Below are positions 28,010 through 36,482 of a stretch of DNA of 41,537 nucleotides, one piece after another. The DNA is from Polyangiales bacterium (GTDB lineage: Bacteria > Myxococcota_A > Polyangia > Polyangiales > Houyiibacteriaceae). The notes under the pieces were generated by a model that was not told the origin of the DNA, made no database searches, and worked only from the letters and a program-made list of their open reading frames with translations. Position 1 is the first letter of the stretch. Every line of letters begins with the position of its first letter. The stretch covers positions 1-41,537 of the forward strand of contig JBGCFM010000090.1 of the NCBI GenBank assembly GCA_045106895.1. The letters run 5' to 3'. Position numbers and translations under genes: made by a program.

Positions 28010-28837
28010 GTGGGCGAGTCACTTGAGCTCACGGTTCTTGAGGCGGCGGTTCTCGACAAGCTGCTCACGGATGAGCACCCAGTTCTCATTGGGTTGCGCG
28101 AGCAACTCGCGACTGCCCATGTGAAGTCACGGGAGGTGTCCGGCGTCGGTTTCTTCACCGAATTCGAGTGGCCGAGGGGCGTCGATCCAGTCCTTGCGGC
28201 GCCAGCCTCGATTCGTTTCGGCGACCTGCACGCGGAGTTTGAAGGACTCCAGCATGGGGCTGGGTTCATCCTCTTCGTCGACGAAGGCGTCGCCACGATG
28301 TTGGAGGGGTACACGTACATCGGCGCGTGGCCAAAGGACGAGGTGCTTGTGTCCCTTGAATATGTCTCGTCGCCGAGAAACTTCGCAGAGCTTGAATGGG
28401 AAGGCAGTCTAGGAATGCTGAAGTTGTTCCGGGATGCGTCGACGCGCCCGGAACTTTTCGTTTGGAACGGCGCCATCGATGCCCAGGCATTCGAGCTCTG
28501 GATGCTGCCTCTTTGTCACGCGCCTTTCGAACTCATCGAGCTGTGGAAGCAGACTGGCGGCGGCGAACTCTTCGAATCGGAGACGATTCTTGGCCCAGGG
28601 GCCGGTGAACTCGACTCTTCCCTGAAAGAACGTAACGATGTTCTTCGGGAAGAGGGCCTACCGGATACGTACGTGGTTTTCCATGAAGGTTTCTTCCTGA
28701 GCGCGTTTCGTCCTGGGGGTCTCATCGTTGAGCTCAACGATCGCTTCCAGGAAATTCGCCGCTTCGTGTCCTTCGCCGCTTGGTACGGGGCCATTCGCGC
28801 GGAGTTCGCCGATCGCTATGGGTTGAACCAAGGCTGA
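28010..28837 (+). CDS. Two-domain protein; C-terminal half SMI1/KNR4 (SUKH)-like immunity domain
   Basis: N-half SREVSGVGFFTEF..GAGFILFVDEG..MLEGYTY..WP; C-half PFELIELWKQTGGGELF..SFAAWY. In-frame internal ATG at 28415. Confidence 0.65.
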   Translation: MGESLELTVLEAAVLDKLLTDEHPVLIGLREQLATAHVKSREVSGVGFFTEFEWPRGVDPVLAAPASIRFGDLHAEFEGLQHGAGFILFVDEGVATMLEGYTYIGAWPKDEVLVSLEYVSSPRNFAELEWEGSLGMLKLFRDASTRPELFVWNGAIDAQAFELWMLPLCHAPFELIELWKQTGGGELFESETILGPGAGELDSSLKERNDVLREEGLPDTYVVFHEGFFLSAFRPGGLIVELNDRFQEIRRFVSFAAWYGAIRAEFADRYGLNQG

Positions 28838-28842
28838 GCCGC

Positions 28843-29367
28843 CTATTCTCCGATGAGCGGCGGATAGCGTCGCGACAGGCGCGGATAACGCATCGGCAGA
28901 TCAGCAAGCACACAGGGAGAGAAGACAGTGGGTGGCGGCAACGAGTAGTCCATTGCTTCGTCGAAGAAGCACTCGTAGATGGACAGGACTTTGAAGAAAA
29001 GGTCCCCGCATTCCCAATCTCGCAAAGACTCGGGGAAGGTTGCCAAGGAATCGGGTTCCGCGACGAAGTCTGTGAAGCGCTTCTTGCCGAGACTCACAAC
29101 AAGAGTGCAAAAGCCCCAGAAGAACATATCCAGATCTTCGACACCTGGGTCTTCTCCCGTGATCACGTGACACGCACAGTACGCGTCCTGCGTCATCAGA
29201 GAATCGATGTAGGCAACGAGGGTGTTCATGAAGCTAAACACCGTGGACTTGTCCAAGCTCGTTAACTCATCTTCGAGTCTCTGAAACTGCTCGCTCTGAC
29301 CAGAAGACTCACACTCACCGAGGATGTCCCAAAACTTCGCATCGTCCATTCGCGCTTGAGAAGTCAT
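28843..29367 (-). CDS. DUF4240-like protein
   Basis: MDDAKFWDIL..LEDELTSL..YCACHVITG..F...VVSLGKKRF...PDSLA..YPRL matches the DUF4240 pattern as I recall it; more AT-rich codon usage than its neighbours. Confidence 0.7.
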   Translation of the reverse strand: MTSQARMDDAKFWDILGECESSGQSEQFQRLEDELTSLDKSTVFSFMNTLVAYIDSLMTQDAYCACHVITGEDPGVEDLDMFFWGFCTLVVSLGKKRFTDFVAEPDSLATFPESLRDWECGDLFFKVLSIYECFFDEAMDYSLPPPTVFSPCVLADLPMRYPRLSRRYPPLIGE

Positions 29368-29396
29368 CCCACCGAGTCGTCCGCCGCTCACTCCGC

Positions 29397-31160
29397 TCAA
29401 GGAGTGAAGTCGAGGAGCGCGTTCATTTGCTCTTCGACGTCGGGCCAAGTGTTTGGTCCCAGGCCGTTCGTCTCTTCGTAGTGATCGCCGGGCGCCTGCT
29501 CCCAATATGGGTTGTCCGCGTTGAGCTGGTAGTCGAAGGGCGGCACGAGGTATCCGATCTCGTCGTTGGCGAGGCCAAAGAGGAACACGTAGTCGAAGCC
29601 GTCCGCGGCTGCGCGATCGCGCATGTAGGGGCCGTCCGGTGCCATTGAAAGGTCCGGCGGGTTGGTGACCTCTTCGTTGACGATGGGTCGGTCCGCCGGC
29701 GTATAGCTACCGTCGTATCCGCCGAGGAAGAGCGCCGGGTCAATCTCGCCGGGGATGAGCAGAAGGCGCGCGCGACCGATATCCACCACGGCGACCTCGG
29801 TGGTGATGAAGCCCGAGTTGGTCTCGCTAAAAGGCAACGCCGGGTTTTGCGCGCGCGGGGTTCGAGTCGGGAAGATGCCGAGGGTGAAGCCGAGGCGGAA
29901 GAGGGGGTTGTCGACGGCGACCTCGAAGTCACGCGCGCGGAAAGCGAGCGCAGCGGTCTCTTCTTGCGTGGACGTCTCCATCGCCGCGAGCGTGAAGGCC
30001 GCGAACTGGGCGCCGACGCCGTGGGCTTGTTCCACCGTGTTGTCGACAAGGGGCTCCCCGTCGAAGGTCTGAGGGGAGTCCAAGTCGTTGGGGCCGATCT
30101 GCGAGCCCACGGCGCCGTTGAAGAACACAGCGATGCCGCCGACACCTTCCAGTGCCTCGGTCGGCCCTTGGGCGCCGTTCTCAACCCCTTCGCGCAGGCC
30201 GTGGGCGAAGTCGCTTGAGAGGAGCGTGTTGCGGCTGCCCAGGTATTCTGGGTGAGAGGCGAAGTTGATGAGCGTGGCAATGGTCTCGTCACCGCCGGCT
30301 TCCATGAAGCGAATGACACGGATCTCGTCGTCGAGGATCTGCGGGTCACGTGAGTCCGACACGTAGCGTCGAACGCCGCCGGGCCCGTCGCGAATAAAGG
30401 TCGTCGCGTATTCAACGTTGGCAGGCCGAAGCGCGGCGATGGCTTCGCGCACGGCTTGCTCGATGGCGCCGTAGAGGAAGTCCATGTACTCGAGGTCCAC
30501 GCCGGTGCGGCTGATGCCTTCGCCCCACTGGCCCAAGGTGTCGCGCGCCTCGTGTGTGTGCGTGGCCATCACGGCCAGGTAGTCGAGGTCCGCGTCGCTC
30601 AAACGCATGCGTGCTCGCACCACGTCATCGTGGAAGTAGCCGACGACGTCCAGGCTCACCAAAGCGATGCGCGTGTCGCCGTTCTCAAGGACGATGGCGC
30701 TCGCCCATTGTGGGTCCGCGACCCCCGCCGCTGGCCGGCCCATTCCGTAGCCCGCGATCCAGGCTGCATCGAAGCGGCGGTTTCCATTGATATCCTCGAA
30801 GAGGTCGCCGTCGGCGGGCTCGTAGATCCCATCACCGTCGACATCGACGGTCATAACCTCTCGGTTCTCGTCGAAGCTCGCGGTGATCTCCACGCGCGCC
30901 GCGCCAACGCTCAACATGCCATCCGCGGGGTCCATGCAGTCCTCTGAGCCCGGGCAGAAGCGGTTCGGCCCCGGCGGTGCGGCGGCGTCGAAGGCGTCTG
31001 GGCCCGCATCGCTCAGGTCCGGGGAGTCCGGGCCCGCGTCGGCGGCGTCGCTTCCGGCATCGAGTCCTGCGTCAGCGCCGGCATCGAGCCCGCCGGCATC
31101 GGAGGTGTCGTCATCGCCGCAAGCGAAGGCGAAGATCAGCGAAAGCAAGAGATAGCGCAT
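29397..31160 (-). CDS. Neutral/alkaline ceramidase-like lipoprotein
   Basis: MRYLLLSLIFAFAC lipobox and DAG linker; LSVGAARVEIT, IAGYG, IALVSLDVVG, ATHTHEARD, INFASHPE, IPGE and GLANDEIGY motifs. Confidence 0.8.
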   Translation of the reverse strand: MRYLLLSLIFAFACGDDDTSDAGGLDAGADAGLDAGSDAADAGPDSPDLSDAGPDAFDAAAPPGPNRFCPGSEDCMDPADGMLSVGAARVEITASFDENREVMTVDVDGDGIYEPADGDLFEDINGNRRFDAAWIAGYGMGRPAAGVADPQWASAIVLENGDTRIALVSLDVVGYFHDDVVRARMRLSDADLDYLAVMATHTHEARDTLGQWGEGISRTGVDLEYMDFLYGAIEQAVREAIAALRPANVEYATTFIRDGPGGVRRYVSDSRDPQILDDEIRVIRFMEAGGDETIATLINFASHPEYLGSRNTLLSSDFAHGLREGVENGAQGPTEALEGVGGIAVFFNGAVGSQIGPNDLDSPQTFDGEPLVDNTVEQAHGVGAQFAAFTLAAMETSTQEETAALAFRARDFEVAVDNPLFRLGFTLGIFPTRTPRAQNPALPFSETNSGFITTEVAVVDIGRARLLLIPGEIDPALFLGGYDGSYTPADRPIVNEEVTNPPDLSMAPDGPYMRDRAAADGFDYVFLFGLANDEIGYLVPPFDYQLNADNPYWEQAPGDHYEETNGLGPNTWPDVEEQMNALLDFTP

Positions 31161-31251
31161 GGACGTACTATAGCGCTGCTCCGGGTGGGCGTTCAAAGCG
31201 AGCAGGTGGCTTTGGTTCGCGGCGTTCTTCAAAGCGTGTCAGAGGGCGGGC

Positions 31252-31677
31252 GTGACCGACGCTGCCATTCCCAAACACCCCTGGCTTCAACAAAGGGGTC
31301 GTCACGTGTTCGTCCAGAGCTACCCAGACCGCTTTAGCGATGCGGAGCTCGCCGAGTTCCTCGATTACTTCCACGCGCTCCCGCCGATCCTCCCGGAGCC
31401 CTACGCGTGGGTCATCGACCTAAACGGGCTCTTCCGTGCGCCGATGCGCCAAAAGAACGCGATCCAAGCTCGCCAAGATGAGAACGTGGACATCGCCCGC
31501 CGGAAGAATGCGGGCACAGCCATCGTCGCGGACAACGCCATCAAACGTGGTTTGGTGCGCGCGACCTATCTCTTGAAGGCTCAGGCCTTCCCCGTGAAGG
31601 TCGTCTCTTCCGTGGACGAAGGCGTCGAGTGGGTGCGCGGCCAGCTCGCTCTCCGCGGCGTCGTGGACGAGGGCTAA
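31252..31677 (+). CDS. Small STAS/SEC14 (SpoIIAA-like) domain protein
   Basis: YAWVIDL, GTAIVADN and FPVKVVSSVDEGVEWV pattern. Confidence 0.65.
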   Translation: MTDAAIPKHPWLQQRGRHVFVQSYPDRFSDAELAEFLDYFHALPPILPEPYAWVIDLNGLFRAPMRQKNAIQARQDENVDIARRKNAGTAIVADNAIKRGLVRATYLLKAQAFPVKVVSSVDEGVEWVRGQLALRGVVDEG

Positions 31678-31698
31678 GACGGACCCTATATTAGGCAC

Positions 31699-32112
31699 GT
31701 GGACACGCAGAGCCCTGAACTGACCAAGATGGTCTTCTACGATGGTGAATGCGGCCTGTGTCAGAAGAGCGTCCAGTGGCTCCTCGACCACGACGGCGAA
31801 GGGCGCCTCCAGTTCGCTCCGCTACAGGGTTCTACAGCCGCGGACGCTCTCGGTGATCGAGACGAGCTCGCGGGCGTCGACAGCATCGTCTTCCTGGAAG
31901 GCGAACACCTCTACTTGCGGTCACGGGCCGTCTTTCAGATCGCTTCCTACCTCGACCCCGGCTGGCGCTGGCTTCGGCACTTTCGTGTCCTGCCCGCGTT
32001 TCTCACGGACCTTGGCTATCGTTTCATCGCGAAGATTCGCTATCGAGTTTGGGGCAAAGCGGACGTTTGCCGTATTCCAAGCCCCGAAGAACGCGCGCGT
32101 TTCCTGCCCTAA
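31699..32112 (+). CDS. DCC1-like thiol-disulfide oxidoreductase (DUF393)
   Basis: VFYDGECGLC (DxxCxxC), LQFAPLQ, RSRAV and DLGYRFIAKIRYRVWG motifs. Confidence 0.92.
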   Translation: MDTQSPELTKMVFYDGECGLCQKSVQWLLDHDGEGRLQFAPLQGSTAADALGDRDELAGVDSIVFLEGEHLYLRSRAVFQIASYLDPGWRWLRHFRVLPAFLTDLGYRFIAKIRYRVWGKADVCRIPSPEERARFLP

Positions 32113-32177
32113 ACGCTGGTTCTAGGCGTATCGCCTGTCTTGTGGAGGGAGCGATCCGCTGCTATCCACCGAGTGAT

Positions 32178-32972
32178 ATGCGAACCGTAGCTTCTCCCTT
32201 CGCCCTGCTTATTCTCCTTGGCTGCCTTCCGGCGTGTGGAGGAGGAGCCCGACTTCAGGTCGATACTCAGAGCTCGTATTACCTTCAGACGAACCTGCGC
32301 GTGCATGGTCGTAACGCCACGTCCATCAACAACTGGCGCTTCCAGACCGTTATCCCGGTGTGCACGCCTGTGCAGATTCAGGCGGCCCGTGGCCGGCGCG
32401 TGACGTTCATGGCCAACGGTCAGCGCATGCGATACACGGTGCATCGCTCGTCGCGCCTCCCGCTTGAGGTTCACCTCCAGCGCCTCTTCGGACCCGCTTG
32501 CCCCAACACCGCGGGCATGAGCGCTGCAGACCAGACGGGCGTGCAGCAATCGCAGCCTTTCGTGGGCATGTCCCGAGCCGGCGTCATCGCGGCCCTCGGT
32601 TACCCACCCGACAGTCGAACGCCAAACCTCGAAGCACCGGAGTGGACTTACTGGGGTCAGCGCGGAAACGTCGTCGTCGTGTTCAACGGTGACCTCGTCG
32701 CTGGCGTTCGAGGCGAGTCCGACGAGCCCGCCGTGATGAACGCACAAGCTGCCGGCATCCAGGTTCAGCCCGGCGTCCAGCCCGGCGTCCAGCCTGGCGT
32801 TCAACCACAGCCCCAGGTGCAGCCCGCCCCGGCGGAAGACACGGTCCTTGTGACGGACCCAAGTGGCTACCCCACGCGCATCCCGCGCTCGGAGCTCAAC
32901 CGCGCCTGCAACGAGATGGCGCCGTGCCACGAAGCGCTCATCTGTATCACCGGAACCTGTCAGGCGAGCTAA
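32178..32972 (+). CDS. Lipoprotein with an SmpA/BamE-like domain, VQPG repeats and a Cys-rich tail
   Basis: ATG at 32178, signal ending LPAC; VGMSRAGVIAALGYPP..WTYW..VVVFNGDLV; 12-bp VQPG repeats near 32763-32807. Confidence 0.75.
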   Translation: MRTVASPFALLILLGCLPACGGGARLQVDTQSSYYLQTNLRVHGRNATSINNWRFQTVIPVCTPVQIQAARGRRVTFMANGQRMRYTVHRSSRLPLEVHLQRLFGPACPNTAGMSAADQTGVQQSQPFVGMSRAGVIAALGYPPDSRTPNLEAPEWTYWGQRGNVVVVFNGDLVAGVRGESDEPAVMNAQAAGIQVQPGVQPGVQPGVQPQPQVQPAPAEDTVLVTDPSGYPTRIPRSELNRACNEMAPCHEALICITGTCQAS

Positions 32973-34378
32973 TGACCACCCTCCGCAAACCAACGCGTGT
33001 CCTCCTTACGGCCATCGCGCTTCTTTCGTTGCCGCTCACGGCACTCACCATCACCGCGTGTGGTGGTCGTCGACAGGTGACCACTCAAGCCGCGATGCCG
33101 CAGCAAGTGGCGGGCACTACGCTCACGCCAAACTCCCCGCCTATCTGCGGCGAGTTCGATCGGCCTTATTTGGCGCCAGGCAGCACCGGCATGAGCAACC
33201 CCGTCATGCCGCCTCCGGGTCTAGGGACTCTCGATGAGCGTCAGTCGCGCATGTACGTCGAGGGCGACCTCACAAACGACTACTCCCAAGCGGACCTCGA
33301 CCTCATCGCCAATGGTCGCGCTCGCGTCGGCCTTGACGAGCGCGCGGTCTACCTCGCGAACGGTCTCCCGGCGTTCTACTGGAACACGCAGATCGCAGAC
33401 AGCCGATGCCGCGTGCTCCTCTACGGCATCCTCGGCGAGCCCAACATCGACACCGCCATCTACACTTGCGACAACGAGGTCGTTCACATCGGACCCGTGC
33501 AGCCCCGGCTTCCATGCTGGCGCGTTGAAGAGGTCGCGCCCCGCGCCATTGAACATGCGCAGCACTTCGACGCCGCAGAGGTGGAGCAGCAGTGGGACAT
33601 CCTCTACGGACTTCTTCGCCGTGGACAGAGCATGAACGATGTTGAGATCTCGTTTGGCACTCCTTACCGCACGGGTACCGAGGCGCGCGAAGACGGCACA
33701 AACGCTGCCAACCACGTCTACCTCGACAACACCGGCGACGCCTACGCGACCTACCTCACCTTCGTGGACCGAACCCTCCGTGGCTGGCGTTTCCCGCCGG
33801 ACCGTCGTCTCACGGCGGAAGCCGAGCAGCGCCGCCTTGATGCTCTGGAGCGACGCATGGTCGACCAGATGCGTGAGATGGAGCAGGCATCCATCGCTCG
33901 CCACCAGGCAGAGCTGGCTCACTTGAACAACATCCAGCAGAACCAAGAAGAGATCCGAACGGACATCGCGAATGCGCGTACGGCGGTCATCGACCACGTG
34001 AGCGACGAGAGCGCAGCAACACGCGGCACGGTGCGCAATCAAGGCGCTCAAACGCGAGACGCCATCAACGCACAGAACCAGGGCAACGGCGGTAACGGCG
34101 GCGGACGACCCAGCGCCATGGGCGGCGGACGACCCAGCGCTATGGGTGGCGGACGCGCGAGCGGTCCCGTGGGCTGCCGCGTGATCAACTTGAACGTCAC
34201 CATCAACGGCCACAACGAACGCGGCACCTTCTCCGACTGGTCCGACACCAACATCGGTCGTCGATGTCAGCCTGGCCAGTCGTGCGGCTCAAACCTTGTG
34301 TGTTCATCGTTCTTCCGTCAGTGCGTCACCCCTGACAACGACAAGATGCGCTGTCGTGCCGGCCAGATGCGGCGCTAG
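32972..34378 (+). CDS. Lipoprotein with two SmpA/BamE-like motifs, a coiled coil, a Gly-rich linker and a Cys-rich tail
   Basis: TAATG coupling to the upstream gene; signal ending ITAC; RVGLDERAVYLANGLP and RRGQSMNDVEISFGTP; GGGRPSAM x2 (24-bp repeat). Confidence 0.72.
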   Translation: MTTLRKPTRVLLTAIALLSLPLTALTITACGGRRQVTTQAAMPQQVAGTTLTPNSPPICGEFDRPYLAPGSTGMSNPVMPPPGLGTLDERQSRMYVEGDLTNDYSQADLDLIANGRARVGLDERAVYLANGLPAFYWNTQIADSRCRVLLYGILGEPNIDTAIYTCDNEVVHIGPVQPRLPCWRVEEVAPRAIEHAQHFDAAEVEQQWDILYGLLRRGQSMNDVEISFGTPYRTGTEAREDGTNAANHVYLDNTGDAYATYLTFVDRTLRGWRFPPDRRLTAEAEQRRLDALERRMVDQMREMEQASIARHQAELAHLNNIQQNQEEIRTDIANARTAVIDHVSDESAATRGTVRNQGAQTRDAINAQNQGNGGNGGGRPSAMGGGRPSAMGGGRASGPVGCRVINLNVTINGHNERGTFSDWSDTNIGRRCQPGQSCGSNLVCSSFFRQCVTPDNDKMRCRAGQMRR

Positions 34379-34381
34379 AAG

Positions 34382-34984
34382 ATGCCAGCGCTTCGCGTAG
34401 GGCTCGCCGTCCTCGCCTTCATCGTGTTTATTCGGTGGGCGGGGGGCCAGCGCGCGACGCGCATCAGCTTTGGCAGCATCTGGTTCATGTTGACCAGGCC
34501 CGCCGTCCTCGTGCTTTCCACCTTGGGCACGCTGGGGATGGCTGCCTTTCTGTGGTTTTCAATGCTCGAGAATGGGCGAGACCCGGCCGCCGCTCCGCTC
34601 TTCATCTTGGGGGTCTCCGTGATGTGCGGCGTCGGCTTCGCCGCGCTCGTGGCGGGTCCCGTTTGGATGGCGCGCAAGATGCGTACGCCCAAACCTGTTC
34701 TAGCCCTCGGACCTGACGAGAACGTCGTCGAAGAGTGGCCGATGAATCACTTTCTGGGCCTCGAATCGCGCGGCGGGCGTGGGTATCTCACGGAGAGCGC
34801 GATCCACTTCGTACCGACTCGCTTTGTCGTTCAGACGGAGCCGTGGTCGTTGCCGCTGAACGCCATCGTGAGCGCTACCGTCGAAGGGGGTCGCCTCGTT
34901 GTGATTCGCGACGATACGGAGCGAGAGCATTGGCTCATCGCCCAGAACCCCAAGCGCATCGCGAAGCTTTTGCAGGGGTCGTAG
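34382..34984 (+). CDS. Membrane protein with a C-terminal GRAM/PH-like domain
   Basis: Three hydrophobic helices followed by NHFLGLESRGGRGYLTESAIHFVP..WSLPLNAI. Confidence 0.7.
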   Translation: MPALRVGLAVLAFIVFIRWAGGQRATRISFGSIWFMLTRPAVLVLSTLGTLGMAAFLWFSMLENGRDPAAAPLFILGVSVMCGVGFAALVAGPVWMARKMRTPKPVLALGPDENVVEEWPMNHFLGLESRGGRGYLTESAIHFVPTRFVVQTEPWSLPLNAIVSATVEGGRLVVIRDDTEREHWLIAQNPKRIAKLLQGS

Positions 34985-35006
34985 AAGTTCGTGTTACGAC
35001 TGGGGC

Positions 35007-35831
35007 ATGAACGATACGCCCATCCTTGGCCCGGGTCCGCACGCGCTGCATTGGCGGGCCAGCCTGGGTATGCGCGCCCTGGGTCTCACCTTTATGTTCA
35101 TCGGCGTCCTGGTCATCGCGGGATTCGCCCTCGCCCAGGCTGACAACATTCGCGCCCTCATGGAGGAGTCCAGCGTTTGGGAGAACGGTGCCGTGGCCAG
35201 CGACCCCCATGTACACGAAAGCTGGGGCGCGACGGGGGATCTCATCGATAGCTACACCATTCCCGTCGACTGGCTCGACGAGAGCGGGGAGTTCCACGAA
35301 AGCGAGCAGAACTTCAGCACCTTCCTCGACGGTCTCAACGGGGATGAGCCCCTCGAGGTGCGCTACGTGCGTACGGATGACGGCTACGCCATCGCGACGA
35401 GCTGGAGTGAGTCCGTTCGGACGTCACGCTGGGTGGCTTCGTTCCTGATATTTTTCTTTGGGTTGGTCTTCGCGTCGCTCGCGTTCTTGCTCGCCTTCGC
35501 AGTGATGGGACAGACCCGCCGAACGAGGCTCACTCTCCGAGACGCCATCGAGGTTCGGCTTCGCGTCGTCAACGTCATCTCCGGTAAGAGCGATGGCTCC
35601 GCCGAACACGTCTTTGTCCTGTTTGACGAAGAAAAAGAAGTGGAGTTGATGAAGCGCTTCACCAAGAGCTCGCCTCTGACTCTGGGCGCGGCTGAGAGCC
35701 ACGTTCTCGCGCTTCGGCAACGCGAGGGTGGTCTCCTCATCATTCACAACGATCTTTACCCACTCGCGAAGGACGAGAAGAGCACACAGGAAATCCGAAC
35801 CCGTGCCGCCGCTGCGAACTTAGGGAGTTGA
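35007..35831 (+). CDS. Hypothetical 2-TM membrane protein (DUF3592-like topology)
   Basis: TM, then a beta domain ending GDEPLEVRY, then a second TM and a cytoplasmic beta domain. Confidence 0.68.
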   Translation: MNDTPILGPGPHALHWRASLGMRALGLTFMFIGVLVIAGFALAQADNIRALMEESSVWENGAVASDPHVHESWGATGDLIDSYTIPVDWLDESGEFHESEQNFSTFLDGLNGDEPLEVRYVRTDDGYAIATSWSESVRTSRWVASFLIFFFGLVFASLAFLLAFAVMGQTRRTRLTLRDAIEVRLRVVNVISGKSDGSAEHVFVLFDEEKEVELMKRFTKSSPLTLGAAESHVLALRQREGGLLIIHNDLYPLAKDEKSTQEIRTRAAAANLGS

Positions 35832-36314
35832 CGGCGTTTCCGCCGCGCGCTCTTCGGCTTTGCTTTCAATCTCTTCGCGAACGGCGCGGGGCACGCTTCG
35901 CTCCAAGTTGATGCGCCACGAACCACCCTCTCGTTCGAGAAACACCGGGCGCGTTCGCCGCTCTGGATCGCGGACCATCACCTCGGCTTCGTCATCACGA
36001 ATCGTCGCGATGAGGTCATCCTTGGCGACGATGATGCTGCCAAAGACGTAGCCCGCGAGTCCTTCCCCGGCGGGCTCTTCCCAGTCCGAGAAGCATGCGC
36101 GAAGAGCCTCCGGGTCGTTCAGATGAAAGCGTCGCCCGATGTCCATGCGTCGGTCGATCTCTTCTTGCGGAAGCTCCGCCACGCCGTAGCTATCGAGGAG
36201 AGTCTCGATGGTGGTTCTCGGCGTCATGAGCCGAAGATCCGGCGTGGGGTCATCGCCGCAGGCCATCGCGAGAACTAGAACAGCGAGGAGTCGCGGACGC
36301 ATGAACGCCTTCAT
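35820..36314 (-). CDS. Hypothetical lipoprotein (NTF2-like C-terminus)
   Basis: LLAVLVLAMAC lipobox; DDEAEV..VFLEREGGSWRI motif; 12-bp convergent overlap with the previous gene. Confidence 0.72.
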   Translation of the reverse strand: MKAFMRPRLLAVLVLAMACGDDPTPDLRLMTPRTTIETLLDSYGVAELPQEEIDRRMDIGRRFHLNDPEALRACFSDWEEPAGEGLAGYVFGSIIVAKDDLIATIRDDEAEVMVRDPERRTRPVFLEREGGSWRINLERSVPRAVREEIESKAEERAAETPSTP

Positions 36315-36341
36315 GCCACGTCACGAATTTTTCGTCACCTG

Positions 36342-36476
36342 TTGACCGACTCAAAGGCGGACTTAACGTGGAAGTCGTGGCCGAGCGCGTCGCCACAGCC
36401 GGCCGAGCCCCACGTGGCAAGTCCGAGCTGACCCCGCTCAATGACCCGATCCCGCTCACGGCAATCACCGAGGAGG
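36342..36476 (+). promoter_or_regulatory. clpB upstream region: sigma70-like promoter, HAIR-like operator candidates, RBS
   Basis: TTGACC-N16-TAACGT (36342-36369); TCCGAGC-N7-GCTCAAT (36422-36442); AGGAGG (36471-36476). Confidence 0.45.
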
Positions 36477-36482
36477 CCAATG

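Noticed and set aside
26209..28010. GTTAGCC immediately before two gene starts (near 26210 and 28003), suggesting integron cassette core sites
   Set aside because: No matching RYYYAAC inverse core or attC palindrome after the genes, and no integrase.
34097..34156. 24-bp tandem repeat (also the 12-bp repeat near 32763 and the EPEAA repeats near 4460-4545)
   Set aside because: In-frame low-complexity protein linkers; the unit lengths are multiples of 3, so there is no frameshift phase variation.
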